A stretch of 64,000 bases of DNA, taken from Camelus dromedarius (taxonomy: Eukaryota). The notes beneath the pieces were generated by a model that saw nothing but the letters and a program-made list of their open reading frames with translations, ran no database searches and was not told the DNA's origin. Shown piece by piece: positions 55,884-64,000 of the stretch; within the stretch, counting starts at the first letter, position 1, and the number at the start of each line of letters is the position of its first letter. The DNA is taken from NCBI RefSeq assembly GCF_036321535.1, contig NC_087437.1:4030001-4094000 (forward strand), in the 5' to 3' direction. A program made the translations under genes and the position numbers.

Positions 55884-58225
55884 AGATTCTTTTTCATTAT
55901 AGGTTATTACAAGCTACTGAATATAGTTCCCTGTGCTGTACAGTAGGACTGTGTTGTTTATCTCCTGGCCTCTTGTCCCATGCTGATGATACGGTTTACA
56001 CACGTAAATACCAAGCCTTAAATAGGGAGGCTCTCTTGGGTCAACAGATCATAGGGCCCGGCATCAACTGAAATCCTTTATGTTTAAATATGAGGAGCCA
56101 GAGCCAGAGGTGGTCTTTGTCCACAGGGAGGGACATTCGACACTTTTCAAAGAACACTACAGCCATCACCCCTTTATCTTTCCCACTCAAAGATGCTAAA
56201 TTTCTGAGGATGTTCAAAAGCTAGCTTCTGAAGTTGAAACTCATGTACACTTCTATCTTCCCCTTGAGATTGGAAGATAGAAGACTGGTCTGAGAAATCT
56301 GGGTGTTCCGGGAGAAACTTCCTGGAGAGAACTCTGATGTTGTCTGCAAGAGATACGTCTTCCCCCTCGCATCACCCTCCCCCTCAAAAAAGAGAAAAGC
56401 TGGAATTGAAAACACCCTCCTCACCCATGTAAGGGTCTTATTCTCAGCCTCATCAGTATCGCCACCACAGATCATGAAAAAAGGCCATGACGTGACTTGA
56501 ATCAAGAGAAGCAACTTTGGCAAATCAAGGGCAAAATAGAAATCCTTTCTCTCCTACTGTGAACTCAGTTAATTTTGCCGTTTGTTTAAGACAGAGGAGA
56601 GAGAACCAAACAGAAAAGACAGATGCCAGTCAGCCTCTTCCAGCTAGCCTGGGAGGCAGATGTCAGGCCAGGTTCCCCAGACGTGGAGCCTGAGACGGGA
56701 TGTGGAGGCACACCACGTGCTGAGGAAGCACGCTCCAGAGAAGGGCACCAGAGCCAGTAGGACGGGGCTGGGGAAGGAGCCAGCAAGACAGGGCTTCAGC
56801 TCAAGTTAACTTGCGCCTGATCCCAGGGGGATCCCTGAGCGTAAGTTACACCACAGAACTGGGGCCACTTTGAGGCAAGGGTCCAACTCCTCGACATAGA
56901 CCTGCTGCCCAGGGGTGAGATGGCAGTAACCTTCCAGGCAAGGTGGCTCCCAGGGCAGCTGCTCAGAGAAGAGGGAACCTATGAGTAACGTATTAGCAGC
57001 CAACACTCATACCAGCTGGAGGATGGGGGGACCTGGCTGAAAAGGGGCTCTGGGTGAGGCACCCATAGCACCCACTTACAAGGAAGTATTTCTATTTTTT
57101 GTCAAACCAGAACATGTGAACACATTTTTCTTCCACTGGTCCACATTTTAGTGGGAACTGACAGTAAATCAGACTAGGCGTTGGTTCCTGAAGCCAAAAG
57201 TCTGCTGCCAGAGCTTTAAAAAAAACTCATAAACACCACAGTGGGTCCATCTGCAGTGTGAAGGAAGGGATTGATTAGTCAGTCCCCAAACATGAGTAAA
57301 CTTGTCCAACAAAGCCTGCAAGTCTGGAAACTTTAAAAGCATTAGAAGACAATCATCCAAGTCTCCCAGGCCTGAGTCAAGGGGAAATATACATGGTTCA
57401 CATCGGCTGACACCAGAGACATAGCAATATTAGATAACATGGGGCAAGGGAGATGGACCCTCCTCCAGGAAAGCTTAGGAAGAAGAAATAAAGTAAAGAG
57501 AAAGGACAGACTTTGTATTCAGTGCTACTTCATATGGGCATGAGGGAAAAAGTAGATGCCAAAACGTCTGAGGGCTCATTTGTTCAGCCAAGTGCATATG
57601 GAGCAGAAAGGCTGGCAAACTCAGTGTCATTTGAGTGTCTGGAGATGTAAGAGCCAGACTGAGTTTTGAGATTATGAAGTCCATAAACACTCCTCTCCCA
57701 GTCTCCCCCAAGCTTGGTACCTTCTTTCCTAAGTTCATCAGATCTCTGTTCAAGTTTTTCAACATCATCATCCAATCCATCTGAAAACAAGAGAACCACC
57801 TAGGAAAGTATTCAAAAAAGACAAATGAGTGAAAAGGAGAGCATTGCAACCCAAGACCAACAAATGAAATAAAACCGTTACCTTTCCCCGAGCAGCTGAT
57901 TTATTCTGAAATGCCTCCCACAGAGAACTCAAGAGGTTGGCGTTGAGAAGAGACGGTCCTTTAACTGTTACATCCTTTAAACTGTTCAGTATGTTTTCAC
58001 TGTAGATCTCAAACTTGGGGGAGTATTTTTCCAGGGCGTTGGTCACTTGAAAAGCCACGCTTACCTGAGTCTCTGTGCCCACCTCACAGCTTACCCCATT
58101 GAGGGAGCTGATGGCACGCAAGGTGTCTTGCAGGTAGGTTTCCATCCAAGACTGACCTTCCAGCAAGGTCTGCCCATTCTGCTGAGTTGAGATGTCAAAT
58201 CCCACCACGATGTCCACAAAACAAT
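412..58225 (-). CDS. COL6A6: Collagen type VI alpha-6 chain, internal part (25 coding exons; gene extends past both window ends)
   Basis: Hand-spliced exons give one open frame (2186 nt): [12 protein letters not shown]...(vWA) - [20 protein letters not shown] - 336-aa Gly-X-Y domain - [33 protein letters not shown] (vWA C1). The sequence closely matches my recollection of human COL6A6. Confidence 0.95.
1139..1256 (+). mobile_element. tRNA-derived camelid SINE (vic-1-like)
   Basis: A/B-box head, A-rich tail, TSD aaaatgaa(a/g)cacaag at 1123 and 1257. Confidence 0.85.
1590..1812 (+). mobile_element. MIR SINE
   Basis: cactggctgtgtgacctgg...cttaccctctctgagcctcagt...gtgcctggcacgtagcaggtgctcaat. 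Confidence 0.8.
3100..3670 (+). mobile_element. L2 3' remnant
   Basis: Pyrimidine-rich stretch ending ccactagagtggaagcttc...ctggcacctaataggctttgaataagtacttgttgggtgagtgaa. Confidence 0.6.
4288..4299 (-). CDS. COL6A6: COL6A6 12-nt microexon
   Basis: tttgtttttcttccccag|CCAGCAGACACG|gtgagt; phase 1-1, encodes (P)SRH(G), filling the gap between ...DHS and KPECPVH. Confidence 0.85.
4737..5348. mobile_element. hAT-Tip100 (Arthur1/MER69-like) element interrupted by a MER3-like MITE (about 4781-4980) and a SINE (5177-5315)
   Basis: Ends cagaggtggatttattctgaagcaaatgaagcttaagc and cacttggatctacccgtg; MER3-like aagtggctagtggctaccatactggac; family names from memory. Confidence 0.55.
5177..5315 (+). mobile_element. 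vic-1-like SINE
   Basis: gggagggtat...gtggtagagtgcgtgcttagcatgcacgagg...ccccaatacctcc plus A-rich tail. Confidence 0.85.
6316..6352 (-). CDS. COL6A6: COL6A6 exon (37 nt)
   Basis: cag|ACG...AGCC|gtaagt; [12 protein letters not shown](P). Confidence 0.92.
6469..6504 (-). CDS. COL6A6: COL6A6 exon, end of triple helix (36 nt)
   Basis: cag|...|gtacgt; [12 protein letters not shown]. Confidence 0.92.
6700..8580 (+). mobile_element. Older L1MA-type 3' UTR split by the ORF2 fragment (pieces about 6700-6866 and 8397-8580)
   Basis: The two halves align end-to-end with the uninterrupted copy at about 39965-40220. Confidence 0.75.
6867..8396 (+). mobile_element. LINE-1 ORF2 internal fragment (RT domain to C-terminal region), frameshifted
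   Basis: Translations [58 protein letters not shown] are typical L1 ORF2; broken by frameshifts. Confidence 0.95.
9606..9668 (-). CDS. COL6A6: COL6A6 collagenous exon (63 nt)
   Basis: gag|GTG...AAG|gtaagt; [21 protein letters not shown]. Confidence 0.9.
10239..10378 (+). mobile_element. vic-1-like SINE
   Basis: tagctcagtggt / gggttcagtgcc boxes; TSD tatcta(t/c)attt at 10228 and 10379. Confidence 0.85.
10463..10577 (+). mobile_element. vic-1-like SINE
   Basis: Same head and aaat tail as the neighbouring copy. Confidence 0.85.
11978..12489 (+). mobile_element. Solo LTR, ERV1-class-like
   Basis: TG...CA ends (tgataa...ttgaca), 4-bp TSD CTTG at 11974 and 12490, TATA-like gatataaa near 12338. 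Confidence 0.75.
12622..12864. mobile_element. MER20-like hAT-Charlie MITE
   Basis: ggggacatttgacaatgtctggagacatt...gggtagagaccagagatgctgct...catcctacaatgcacaggac. Confidence 0.8.
14519..14581 (-). CDS. COL6A6: COL6A6 collagenous exon (63 nt)
   Basis: tag|...|gtaagc; [21 protein letters not shown]. Confidence 0.92.
14652..14799 (-). mobile_element. vic-1-like SINE
   Basis: Reverse-complement head ggattgaacccaggacctcgtgcatgctaagcac; TSD core atgtgttttta at 14641 and 14807. Confidence 0.85.
15455..15490 (-). CDS. COL6A6: COL6A6 collagenous exon (36 nt)
   Basis: cag|...|gtaccg; [12 protein letters not shown]. Confidence 0.92.
16133..16435 (+). mobile_element. L1 3' UTR fragments (younger type joined to older type)
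   Basis: cttatatgtggaatctaaaaaa...acagactcacagacatag, then gtgatggaaatgttagctgtcttgatt...caataaa. Confidence 0.7.
17080..17214 (-). mobile_element. vic-1-like SINE
   Basis: ggggattgaacccaggaccccgtgcatgctaagcacacgctctgccactgagct. Confidence 0.85.
17659..17709 (-). CDS. COL6A6: COL6A6 collagenous exon with GY imperfection (51 nt)
   Basis: cag|...|gtaaga; [17 protein letters not shown]. Confidence 0.92.
18488..18550 (-). CDS. COL6A6: COL6A6 collagenous exon (63 nt)
   Basis: cag|...GCG|gttcgt; [21 protein letters not shown]; donor is weak. Confidence 0.87.
19337..19430 (-). mobile_element. vic-1-like SINE next to an antisense L1 3' end (about 19195-19336)
   Basis: poly-T followed by ggttgaacccaggaccttgtgtgtgctaagcatgcac. 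Confidence 0.8.
19440..20010 (-). mobile_element. Old L1MC-type 3' region
   Basis: gtcccaggatcccatc...gacagttttgaggagtaccagtcaggta... resembles L1MC antisense. Confidence 0.6.
20120..20290. mobile_element. MER5-family MITE
   Basis: atgcaaaaggaaattcctggacccc...tcagtctctggcagtggggccc...gcactgaaacctgagagca. Confidence 0.55.
22216..22884 (+). mobile_element. 5'-truncated L1 (ORF2 end plus 3' UTR)
   Basis: ttaccatatgacccaggaatcccactcctgggcatatatcc...aataaaaa; TSD aaaatattcta at 22205 and 22885. Confidence 0.9.
23456..23518 (-). CDS. COL6A6: COL6A6 collagenous exon (63 nt)
   Basis: cag|...|gtaggt; [21 protein letters not shown]. Confidence 0.92.
26301..26333. repeat. (GGAT)n tetranucleotide repeat
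   Basis: Direct reading. Confidence 0.9.
26395..26955 (+). mobile_element. L1MC-type 3' end
   Basis: ctggaaaaggcacagctacagaaac...agagtgaaccctaatgtaaactgtggactttgg...aataaagt. Confidence 0.75.
28625..28875 (-). mobile_element. MIR SINE
   Basis: gaaaaattgaggcatagagaggttaagtaaattacacaaggccacacagct. Confidence 0.8.
30478..30800. mobile_element. MER5A-like MITE followed by a MER5-family fragment
   Basis: ctcaaagtgtggtccggggaccagcagc...gaatctcaagccccaccccagacctactg...gcattttaacaag. Confidence 0.75.
31146..31208 (-). CDS. COL6A6: COL6A6 collagenous exon (63 nt)
   Basis: cag|...|gtaggg; [21 protein letters not shown]. Confidence 0.92.
31481..31622 (-). mobile_element. vic-1-like SINE, internally deleted
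   Basis: ggagggactggggattgagccc...cactgagct; TSD ta(c/t)tgctttct. Confidence 0.75.
32994..33056 (-). CDS. COL6A6: COL6A6 collagenous exon (63 nt)
   Basis: cag|...|gtacgt; [21 protein letters not shown]. Confidence 0.92.
33709..33735. repeat. (TG)n microsatellite
   Basis: Direct reading. Confidence 0.95.
34578..34613 (-). CDS. COL6A6: COL6A6 collagenous exon (36 nt)
   Basis: tag|...|gtacag; [12 protein letters not shown]. Confidence 0.9.
37365..37585. mobile_element. MER20-like MITE
   Basis: cagtggtttctc...ggcaatgtccagagatttt...gggtagagccc...atcctacaatggaca; similar to the 12622 copy. Confidence 0.75.
39455..40225 (+). mobile_element. L1MA-type 3' end
   Basis: taccatatgacccagcaatttcacttctgggtatttatcc...atctcaataaaa. 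Confidence 0.85.
40781..40834 (-). CDS. COL6A6: COL6A6 collagenous exon (54 nt)
   Basis: cag|...|gtaaga; [18 protein letters not shown]. Confidence 0.92.
41334..41480 (+). mobile_element. vic-1-like SINE
   Basis: ggagggtatagctcagggg...gggttcaatccccagtac plus tail. Confidence 0.85.
41628..41756. repeat. 51-bp imperfect direct repeat (41628-41678 and 41706-41756)
   Basis: gcctgttcgggaacagagcatgaaa(c/t)ggta(t/c)ct(c/t)ggcctcttcccagagca occurs twice. Confidence 0.9.
42367..42432 (-). CDS. COL6A6: COL6A6 collagenous exon with helix imperfection (66 nt)
   Basis: tag|...|gtaact; [22 protein letters not shown]. Confidence 0.92.
42722..42822 (-). mobile_element. vic-1-like SINE
   Basis: ggggattgaacccag...ccactgagctataccttcccc; flanks share aaggacaac. 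Confidence 0.85.
42882..43260 (+). mobile_element. L1 3' end with 5' inversion
   Basis: 42882-42973 antisense and 42975-43260 sense relative to the 22216 L1 copy. Confidence 0.8.
43557..43636 (+). mobile_element. Tigger (Tc1/mariner) terminal fragment
   Basis: TA followed by caggcatactttggacatatttcaggtttggttccagacc...aataaagcgagtcacac, resembling the Tigger1 left end. Confidence 0.7.
44161..44588 (-). mobile_element. Cluster: short L1 3' end (44161-44259) plus two vic-1-like SINEs (44260-44393, 44423-44588)
   Basis: Poly-T tails, SINE heads and nested TSDs (see findings). Confidence 0.85.
44945..45830 (+). mobile_element. Old L1ME/L1MA-type 3' fragments
   Basis: cagcagcactatttata...gaatggataaataaatcatggtatattcacacaatggaatatta; later gtacacctcaaacttacac...caattatatctc. 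Confidence 0.7.
46475..46537 (-). CDS. COL6A6: COL6A6 collagenous exon with RGD (63 nt)
   Basis: tag|...|gtaagt; [21 protein letters not shown]. Confidence 0.92.
46723..46857 (+). mobile_element. Very short L1 3' end
   Basis: agcacagggaactgtattc...attgtaaatcaactctacttcaat; TSD a(g/a)agtgacctca at 46711 and 46858. Confidence 0.8.
47060..47331 (+). mobile_element. MaLR (MLT1-like) LTR remnant
   Basis: cctacagacacatgagc...ataaatgtttatt...gcaaagctgactgatac ending. Confidence 0.5.
47403..47456 (-). CDS. COL6A6: COL6A6 collagenous exon (54 nt)
   Basis: tag|...|gtaggg; [18 protein letters not shown]. Confidence 0.92.
47548..47592 (-). CDS. COL6A6: COL6A6 collagenous exon (45 nt)
   Basis: cag|...|gtagag; [15 protein letters not shown]. 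Confidence 0.92.
47928..47954 (-). CDS. COL6A6: COL6A6 collagenous exon (27 nt)
   Basis: cag|...|gtatgg; GHKGLNGQE. Confidence 0.9.
48041..48112 (-). CDS. COL6A6: COL6A6 collagenous exon carrying the helix Cys (72 nt)
   Basis: cag|...|gtaagg; [24 protein letters not shown]. Confidence 0.93.
48500..49345 (+). mobile_element. L2 remnant
   Basis: Ends ...cttgttaaatgaatga; degenerate L2 3' motifs. Confidence 0.5.
49795..49848 (-). CDS. COL6A6: COL6A6 collagenous exon (54 nt)
   Basis: cag|...|gtaagt; [18 protein letters not shown]. Confidence 0.93.
50059..50089. repeat. (GT)n(GC)n(GT)n compound repeat
   Basis: gtgtgtgtgtgcgcgcgcgcgcgtgtgtgtg. Confidence 0.9.
51169..51261 (-). CDS. COL6A6: COL6A6 exon, Cys cluster and start of triple helix (93 nt)
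   Basis: aag|GTC...AAG|gtgatt; [31 protein letters not shown]. Confidence 0.93.
51311..51363. repeat. (CT)n microsatellite
   Basis: Direct reading. Confidence 0.95.
53559..53713 (-). CDS. COL6A6: COL6A6 exon (155 nt)
   Basis: cag|GCCTA...CACCTG|gtaagt; [51 protein letters not shown]. Confidence 0.93.
54150..54315. mobile_element. MER5A-like MITE
   Basis: ctcaggtcccaccctagacc...gaatcagaatctgtatttt...ccccaggtgatttgtatgcacattaaagtttgag. Confidence 0.75.
55166..55260. mobile_element. MER81-like hAT-Blackjack MITE
   Basis: Inverted termini gagtgaccaactcgtcctggtttgc / gcaaacaaggaccgctggtcactc. Confidence 0.7.
55768..55962 (-). mobile_element. L1 3' end containing (CA)n
   Basis: poly-T, aattgaagcagagtt...tgaatatagttccctgtgctgtacagtagg. 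Confidence 0.8.
57721..57799 (-). CDS. COL6A6: COL6A6 exon (79 nt)
   Basis: tag|GTGGTT...GAAG|gtacca; [26 protein letters not shown](G). Confidence 0.93.
57882..58225 (-). CDS. COL6A6: COL6A6 exon, last N-terminal vWA domain part 1 (344 nt)
   Basis: ctag|ATTGTTTTGTG...GGAAAG|gtaacg; (D)[17 protein letters not shown]...NKSAARGK. Confidence 0.95.
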
Positions 58226-61099
58226 CTAGGGGTCAAGGAAAAAGGGTTTCTTATGAGACCAACAAAGTAGCTTTACTTGACGTGGATGCCATGTTTCCAC
58301 ATCATAGAACTTGGAATTCTTACTTCTATCTCTAGTTACAAAGCTGGAAAACAAGGAAGAGCATGAGCAAATAATGGAAGAGACTCAGAATCACTCTTTC
58401 ATAACTTGTAAAAAGTGCTATTTTTTTTTTTGAGCATCTATATAATCAAGATGATCCTATAACAAAGTTACAAAGTTGCAAAAGGTTTCATTGTGTCCAC
58501 TGGAAAAGCCATGCAGATTAATTTAAACAGCTGTTATGTGGTGGAAATTTCAATGGTCTAAAATAGGAAATTCACATCATGCCCCTTATCAATTGAGATC
58601 ATTCAACAAATATTAAAAGTATAAGGGAAATATAAAAACAGTTGAACAGAAAAAGTGATTTACAAAAAATAAATTGCAAGACTCCTCCTGCAGGATTTTG
58701 ATGCTTTGTCTTTCTGAAAAGAATCTCTGATTTCTCTTTTTGCCTTTTAATGTCCATTCAGAAAAGGAAAAGAAAGAAAGAAAAATAACTCCCATGAGGT
58801 CCTTTGAGATCTTGCTTGGTTTGAGTCCCACAGGTGAAGAAACAGGCACCAAATTACCTGTATTCAACCACGTCAAAGACGGCACTGCCCTCAGAGCTCA
58901 GCCAGCCAGCAAACCAAAGCCACTGCCTTTTTGGGGTTTGAGAAAGACTCAGAGAGGTATTGCATTTAAAGTGCTTTGCCCTTTTTATTAACTCTTGAGA
59001 CACTTAAGCACCGGAAAAACTAGAAAGGCTTGCTATTTTAAGCTGAGCCTCCCAATGGGAAGACAATTTGAGAAAGATAGTCCTATGACATACACAGTCT
59101 TCCTTCAGGAACTTTTCAGTTGATTAGAAACCTCAACCTTTTCCAGCCAATTTGACACACACACACCCCCCCACACCCACACACACGCAGCCTGCTTGGT
59201 AAAATAAGGCGACAGAGTGTTAATTTTTAATTTGCGTTGTCTAGATAAGCAGTTTTCCAGAGATTTGTTATGTGGACAAATGCCCACCTTCCAGACACAC
59301 TGGTCAGCTGGACATTTGCAAGTCTTTGAAACCAGAATGTCAGTTTCAAGTCTCAAAACAAGGGCCAGGAACTCGATTCATTTCTAATGAGAAAAGAGTT
59401 GGGTGAGGGAAAAGCAACCTTATTTGATAATCAGGTTTCCCCATGACATTCAAGGTAAATCAATATGTTATCAACAAATCTGAAAGGTGGGTTTTCTTAT
59501 TTTACCGTCCTGAATTTACCGAAAAATCTCTTTCCCAATATTCAGAAAGTGAGATAAAGAGAAAGAAACTAGCCAGAAGGAAGCATTGGAATTTCTGTTC
59601 TTTCCAAACTTCTCCTTAAATCTAAACCCTTTCATTTCTATTTTGAGATCAAAAGTTACCCTCTTGGATGAACGCTGTTTTCCTCTCTGAACTGAAAGCC
59701 ATTCAGTAACCCTGACATGTTACTGCCTTCAAGGAAAATGGTTTCTGGTGAAACACCAAATATTGGCAAAAATGTCAAAATGTGACTCAGTGTTCCTGAG
59801 AATTGTCCCCTTTCAAAACGGAGGCTTTTAACTTTTTGTCTGGATTCCTGAAATTGCCAGCTCAAGTAAGCAAGCTCCTTATGTTTATTTAACAAATTCA
59901 AATTGACAAATGAGTCCACGATGATGTGACTGAAGGACTTGACTTTGGGGAATGAGCCCAGAGGTGGCAGTGCTGTGTCTAGAGACAGTGAGAGAGAGAG
60001 GGGGTCGCATGGGTCAAGTGAGCTCTCCTGGAATGGTCTTGCGGACTCTACAGAGACATTTGCCCGGACTCAGGAGCTCTTCAAAGTTAACAAGAGGCAG
60101 TGATGGTTTTGGAAGTGGGCTGGGAAGAAGGCTAAAATTGGGCTTCCAAAGACAGATAATGAAGGACTGAAGTAATTGAGCAAGAGTGGGAATGAAAAAG
60201 CGATGATAAATGCAAGGGAAATTAACAGGAGGATCCCCAGGTCTGGCTACGGAGGGTGATAAAAGGGAGTAACACTAATGGTCCGAGAAGGTGACTAGTC
60301 ATCACAACCAGCAGTGGGGAAGCCGGGGGTGGGGTGGCCTCTGAGGGGGAAGGCACAGTTTAGTTTCAGGCGTGCACAGGCCACAACTCTTACTGCTAAC
60401 TAACTTCTGGCAAATCTCTTAACCTCTCTGGGCATTAATTTTCTGGTCTATAAAAATAAGGGGATTATACATTTCAAAAGAAAAATGACAAAAGAACAGG
60501 AAAGAATGGATTGGACTTGACAGTCATGGTCTCCTGACTCCCTGCCAAACCCCAAAGCTGATTTTAATTATCTGACTTATACAGAAAGTCTTTCATTGAA
60601 GTTAACGATGGCAGATTCTTAGTATTAAGAGACACTGTCAAGAGGGTAGGGGACATTCATTAAATCAGAAGATAGATTCTGGAAAAAATAAAAGGGAAAG
60701 TTGGGCTGTTGGAGGTTATTAGCTGGGATAAGAGAACAATTTGTTTGGAGCCTTTGAAAGAAAAGTTATAGATGGAAAAAGAGAAAGAATGATCTAGAAA
60801 ATAGAGTTAGGTACTGTTAAAGACCAGGCTTCTATACCTCCCAGATTTGCTGGTGCCCCACCCTCCACCTGCCCGGGCCACACACACACCCAGAACTTGG
60901 ACATCTGTCCCCTGGAGAGTCTCTGCTGCCACTATTGCCGGGTGCACCTCACTGTGCAGGGAAGGGCTGGGCTTTGACACGGCCTCCCTCGTTCTCACTG
61001 CAGTGGGTTCTTGATGACTCGGTACCCACATCCAACCCAGCTGAACTCATGGGGGCTCTGTCTCCTTCCTCCATTTCAGCCACAGGTACAAAGCTTTGT

Positions 61100-61498
61100 G
61101 GGTCCTGTATCTGGTTCCTAAAAGGCTGGATGACAGTGCAGCTGGGTCAGAGAGTCAGCTCTCCATGGGGGGAACTTGACCAGTAGGAGGCAGTGGATGA
61201 GAAGGAACTGGCAGGCCAACCCTCGCCCTTAACCCCTCTAAGGGGCAGGTCTGTGCAGTGGTCCCATGTGGCTTCCTTGGTGATGCTCTGCAGGACCAAC
61301 GTACCAGTGATGCTTTCTCAGAAGCTGTAGCGAGCTTGGTAATACACATCTTGTACATTTCTTGCATTTACTTCCCTCCTTCCCTTTATCACTTCCCTCC
61401 ACTCACTCTTGCTTCCTTGGGACGGTACTCCCACTGATGGATCCACACTGAAACTGTGCTGTGAGTTCTCTGTTTTCTAGAGAACCCAGTTAAGGCAG
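61100..61498 (+). mobile_element. LTR16/ERVL-like solo LTR remnant
   Basis: ggggaacttgaccagtaggag...tctgttttctagagaacccagttaaggca ending; family from memory. Confidence 0.5.
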
Positions 61499-62653
61499 AA
61501 GCATCAAGAGATTCTTGTCAAGCTAAGCTGGACGTGACCATCTATATTCCCCTTGTATTTCCCACAGTCCTGAAGTCAGCTCCTGAGGGTGCGCCTGCTT
61601 CATCCTCATCAGACTGGCCTTTTGTTCAGTCTCCGTTTTGGCTCATCTTCCATGACGATGCAAAAGCTGAGGCGCTCTTGATTCTTCTGCCACGTGGTCA
61701 TGGCTCCATGCCCCCCAAGGCAGCACGTCACATCCCCAAAACTGCTGGAGGTCTCCTCTAGGTGCTCAGAATAGGCAAGAAAAATCAGGAGACGAAGCAT
61801 GAAGGAAGATGAGAAAACAGACTGTGGAGTTTAGTTGCTGAGGGGAACTGGGAGCAGGTTGAGGCATTAAGTTTGGCTCTAGCTCCCAAAGGCTGCTCAA
61901 CTATCCGCCTTCCTAAACCAGGGACGTCTTGGTCAGTTGCCCTTCTGTGAACTAGACTATCCCGTCACTCCGTGTATCTGCACTTATAAAGGTCACTATC
62001 AGGCTCCCTCAGCAATACTCAGTGAAACTTATTAACTGTCACAGGATATGTACATGCACTTCCCACGCATCCCTCACGTGTCCTTATGAAACACAGAATA
62101 AGCAGGAACTCTAATACTCATTGTGCAGAAGATGAGGCTGAGACTCAGAGAACTCGCCCGAGGTCCCAACTTGAGGATCAGATCCAGGCTTGTCTGGAGT
62201 CCCTATGCTGAATTTCCTCCTTCACAACTTCCTGGGGGGCCAGGGATGCGACATCATGCAGGTTCCATGCTCTGCTGTGAGATCGTGATGCTGGAAGTGA
62301 CAGCTTAGCAAGCAAGTGCCTTCCTTCGGGAAGAGCAGCTTTTCAGACATACACTCCTGAAGTCTCAGTAAGTTCCAGCTCTTAATGATGGACGCACAAC
62401 ACTTAGGTGCGAGTTCTTTATAGCGGGAGCATCGGATAAACTAGATGACGACTCTATTGGGAAACCTGGCAGACAGAACGGGGTTTCACAATTTGCTTGG
62501 TTTGTTGCTTCCTGTATGACCTGGGCCAGGTTATTAATATTCCTCAGAGACCTGGTTTCCTCATGTATAAATGGGACTAGAAATACAAACCACGGAGGGT
62601 TTGGGAATTTGGTGAGCTAATGCATTTAAAGTGCTTTAAAAATGGGTGACCCT

Positions 62654-62880
62654 GTTTTTGTTTTGTAAAAAAATTCATTTGTATCATTTTTTTTTTTAGA
62701 TTCCACATATAAGTGATATCATATGATACTTTTCTTTTTCTTCCTGGGTTACTTCACTTAGTGTGATGATCTCCAGGTCCATTCATGTTGCTGCAAATGG
62801 CATATTCTTTTTTTATGTCCGAGTAGTATTCCATCATATATCTACACCATTGTAAACTGGCTATACTTCAATTAAAAAAT
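62654..62880. mobile_element. L1 3' fragment with inversion
   Basis: Antisense ttagattccacatataagtgat...gcaaatggcat, then sense terminal attgtaaactggctatacttcaattaaaaaa. Confidence 0.7.
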
Positions 62881-64000
62881 AATGCTTGCCTCTCCAGAGA
62901 TGCTCAAGAAATAATGATTCTCAGTCACTTCCCTACTATCTCCAGGCAGCTGACTGTCCTTTTACATAAAATAAATCCTACGGACAACCAGAGAATCAGA
63001 GATGATTTAACTGCACACGTGAGAAAACTAAGAAAGTACAGTGATTTCTCTGAAGTTACACATATTTTAATAAAAGGCAAAGCAAGATGTTCAGGCTCAA
63101 AGCCTGGTTTGCTTTGAGACACACCAAGTCCTGTCTGATTTCCTTGACCTGGGCGTTTATAGTTTTAGGAGAGTTGGTATCCTCTGATGTAATGTGCACA
63201 GGTTCTGAAGCTCTCTCAGCCTGCATTCCAGCCTTGTCAGTCTTTAGCCCACAGCTTGGCTACAAAGACCTCACACATCCCTGTTTGCTACAGTCATCAC
63301 TTGAAGTTCATTGTTATAGAGCACTTTCCTCATTCATTCATTCATTCCATTCATTCATTCATATACTCATGACTGTTCTCTTTAAAGATAACTCACTGAC
63401 TGCTTGGAGTACACACTCCTGGTTTTGACTTCCCACGTGGTTTTCTTTTACTCACTCAAGTCCAAGACTAGGTGGTTCTGAGATCATTCCCTGACTCCTA
63501 ACTGGAGATGGGTATTTCATGGAAAACCAGAAAATAATATGGAAGGTTTGGCTGAGGTCACCAGACACATTCCAAAGTAGGGGGAACATGTAAAGCAGGA
63601 TTTACAAAGACAGTAGTCCCTGATCAATGACAGCACTCTTTTTTCGTTAGTTTCTTTTTTTTTTTTTTTAAATTATAGTCCGTTTACAATGCTGTGTCAG
63701 TTTCTGCTATACACCATAATGTTCAGAATTACGGGACTCTTCACCTCAAGTTGACATCCTGGGTCTTATGAAAGGTTTGAACTTGGAGTTTAGAAGGGCA
63801 CTTTGGAGATGGCTGTTGTGTGCTGTGAGGTCCCTCCCCATAAGCACACACACACATAGACAAGGAGGGGAGGTAATGTCCTGTTTAAGTCAAGAGAGGG
63901 GACCTTCCAGAGGTAACTTGGAGATGACACAGCCTAGAAATTCTACAGAATGAAACAGGCTGGCACACTGCTCTGTCTGCCAAGGAGAGGTGGCCTCACT

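Noticed and set aside
57768..57881. Read-through of the 82-nt intron (ORF 57768..58217) as an alternative C-terminus
   Set aside because: Both splice sites are canonical and splicing restores the v[10 protein letters not shown] motif; no independent evidence of retention.
412..58225. Assignment to COL6A3, COL6A4 or COL6A5
   Set aside because: Motifs such as [32 protein letters not shown] and [14 protein letters not shown] match COL6A6 as I recall it; a BLASTP would settle this.
1..64000. A novel multi-gene system, CRISPR array or prokaryote-type operon
   Set aside because: The window is fully explained as introns and exons of one vertebrate collagen gene plus common repeats; there is no regularly spaced repeat-spacer array.
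58226..64000. Further upstream COL6A6 exon or promoter
   Set aside because: No vWA-like frame or CpG island seen; appears to be intron with MIR, L2 and LTR remnants.

Overview
Mammalian genomic DNA, most likely a camelid (alpaca/llama/camel), judged from about 12 copies of a tRNA-derived vic-1-type SINE. The whole window lies inside one minus-strand gene, COL6A6 (collagen VI alpha-6). I traced 25 coding exons by hand from 58225 down to 412, all with GT-AG boundaries. Together they give 2186 nt and an uninterrupted frame: last N-terminal vWA domain, Cys-rich linker, a 336-residue Gly-X-Y domain, a 12-nt microexon and the first C-terminal vWA domain. The gene continues beyond both window edges. 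The introns contain ordinary mammalian repeats (L1, L2, MIR, hAT/Tc1 MITEs, solo LTRs, SINEs, microsatellites). Almost all supplied ORFs are spurious. I found no evidence of a novel multi-gene biological system. The best second-look items are a tail-less, TSD-less internal L1 ORF2 insertion, a site hit by three retroinsertions (a 17-mer present three times), a strongly GC/CpG-shifted vWA exon, the microexon and some unusual splice sites. Repeat family names and comparisons with human COL6A6 come from memory, not from a search.
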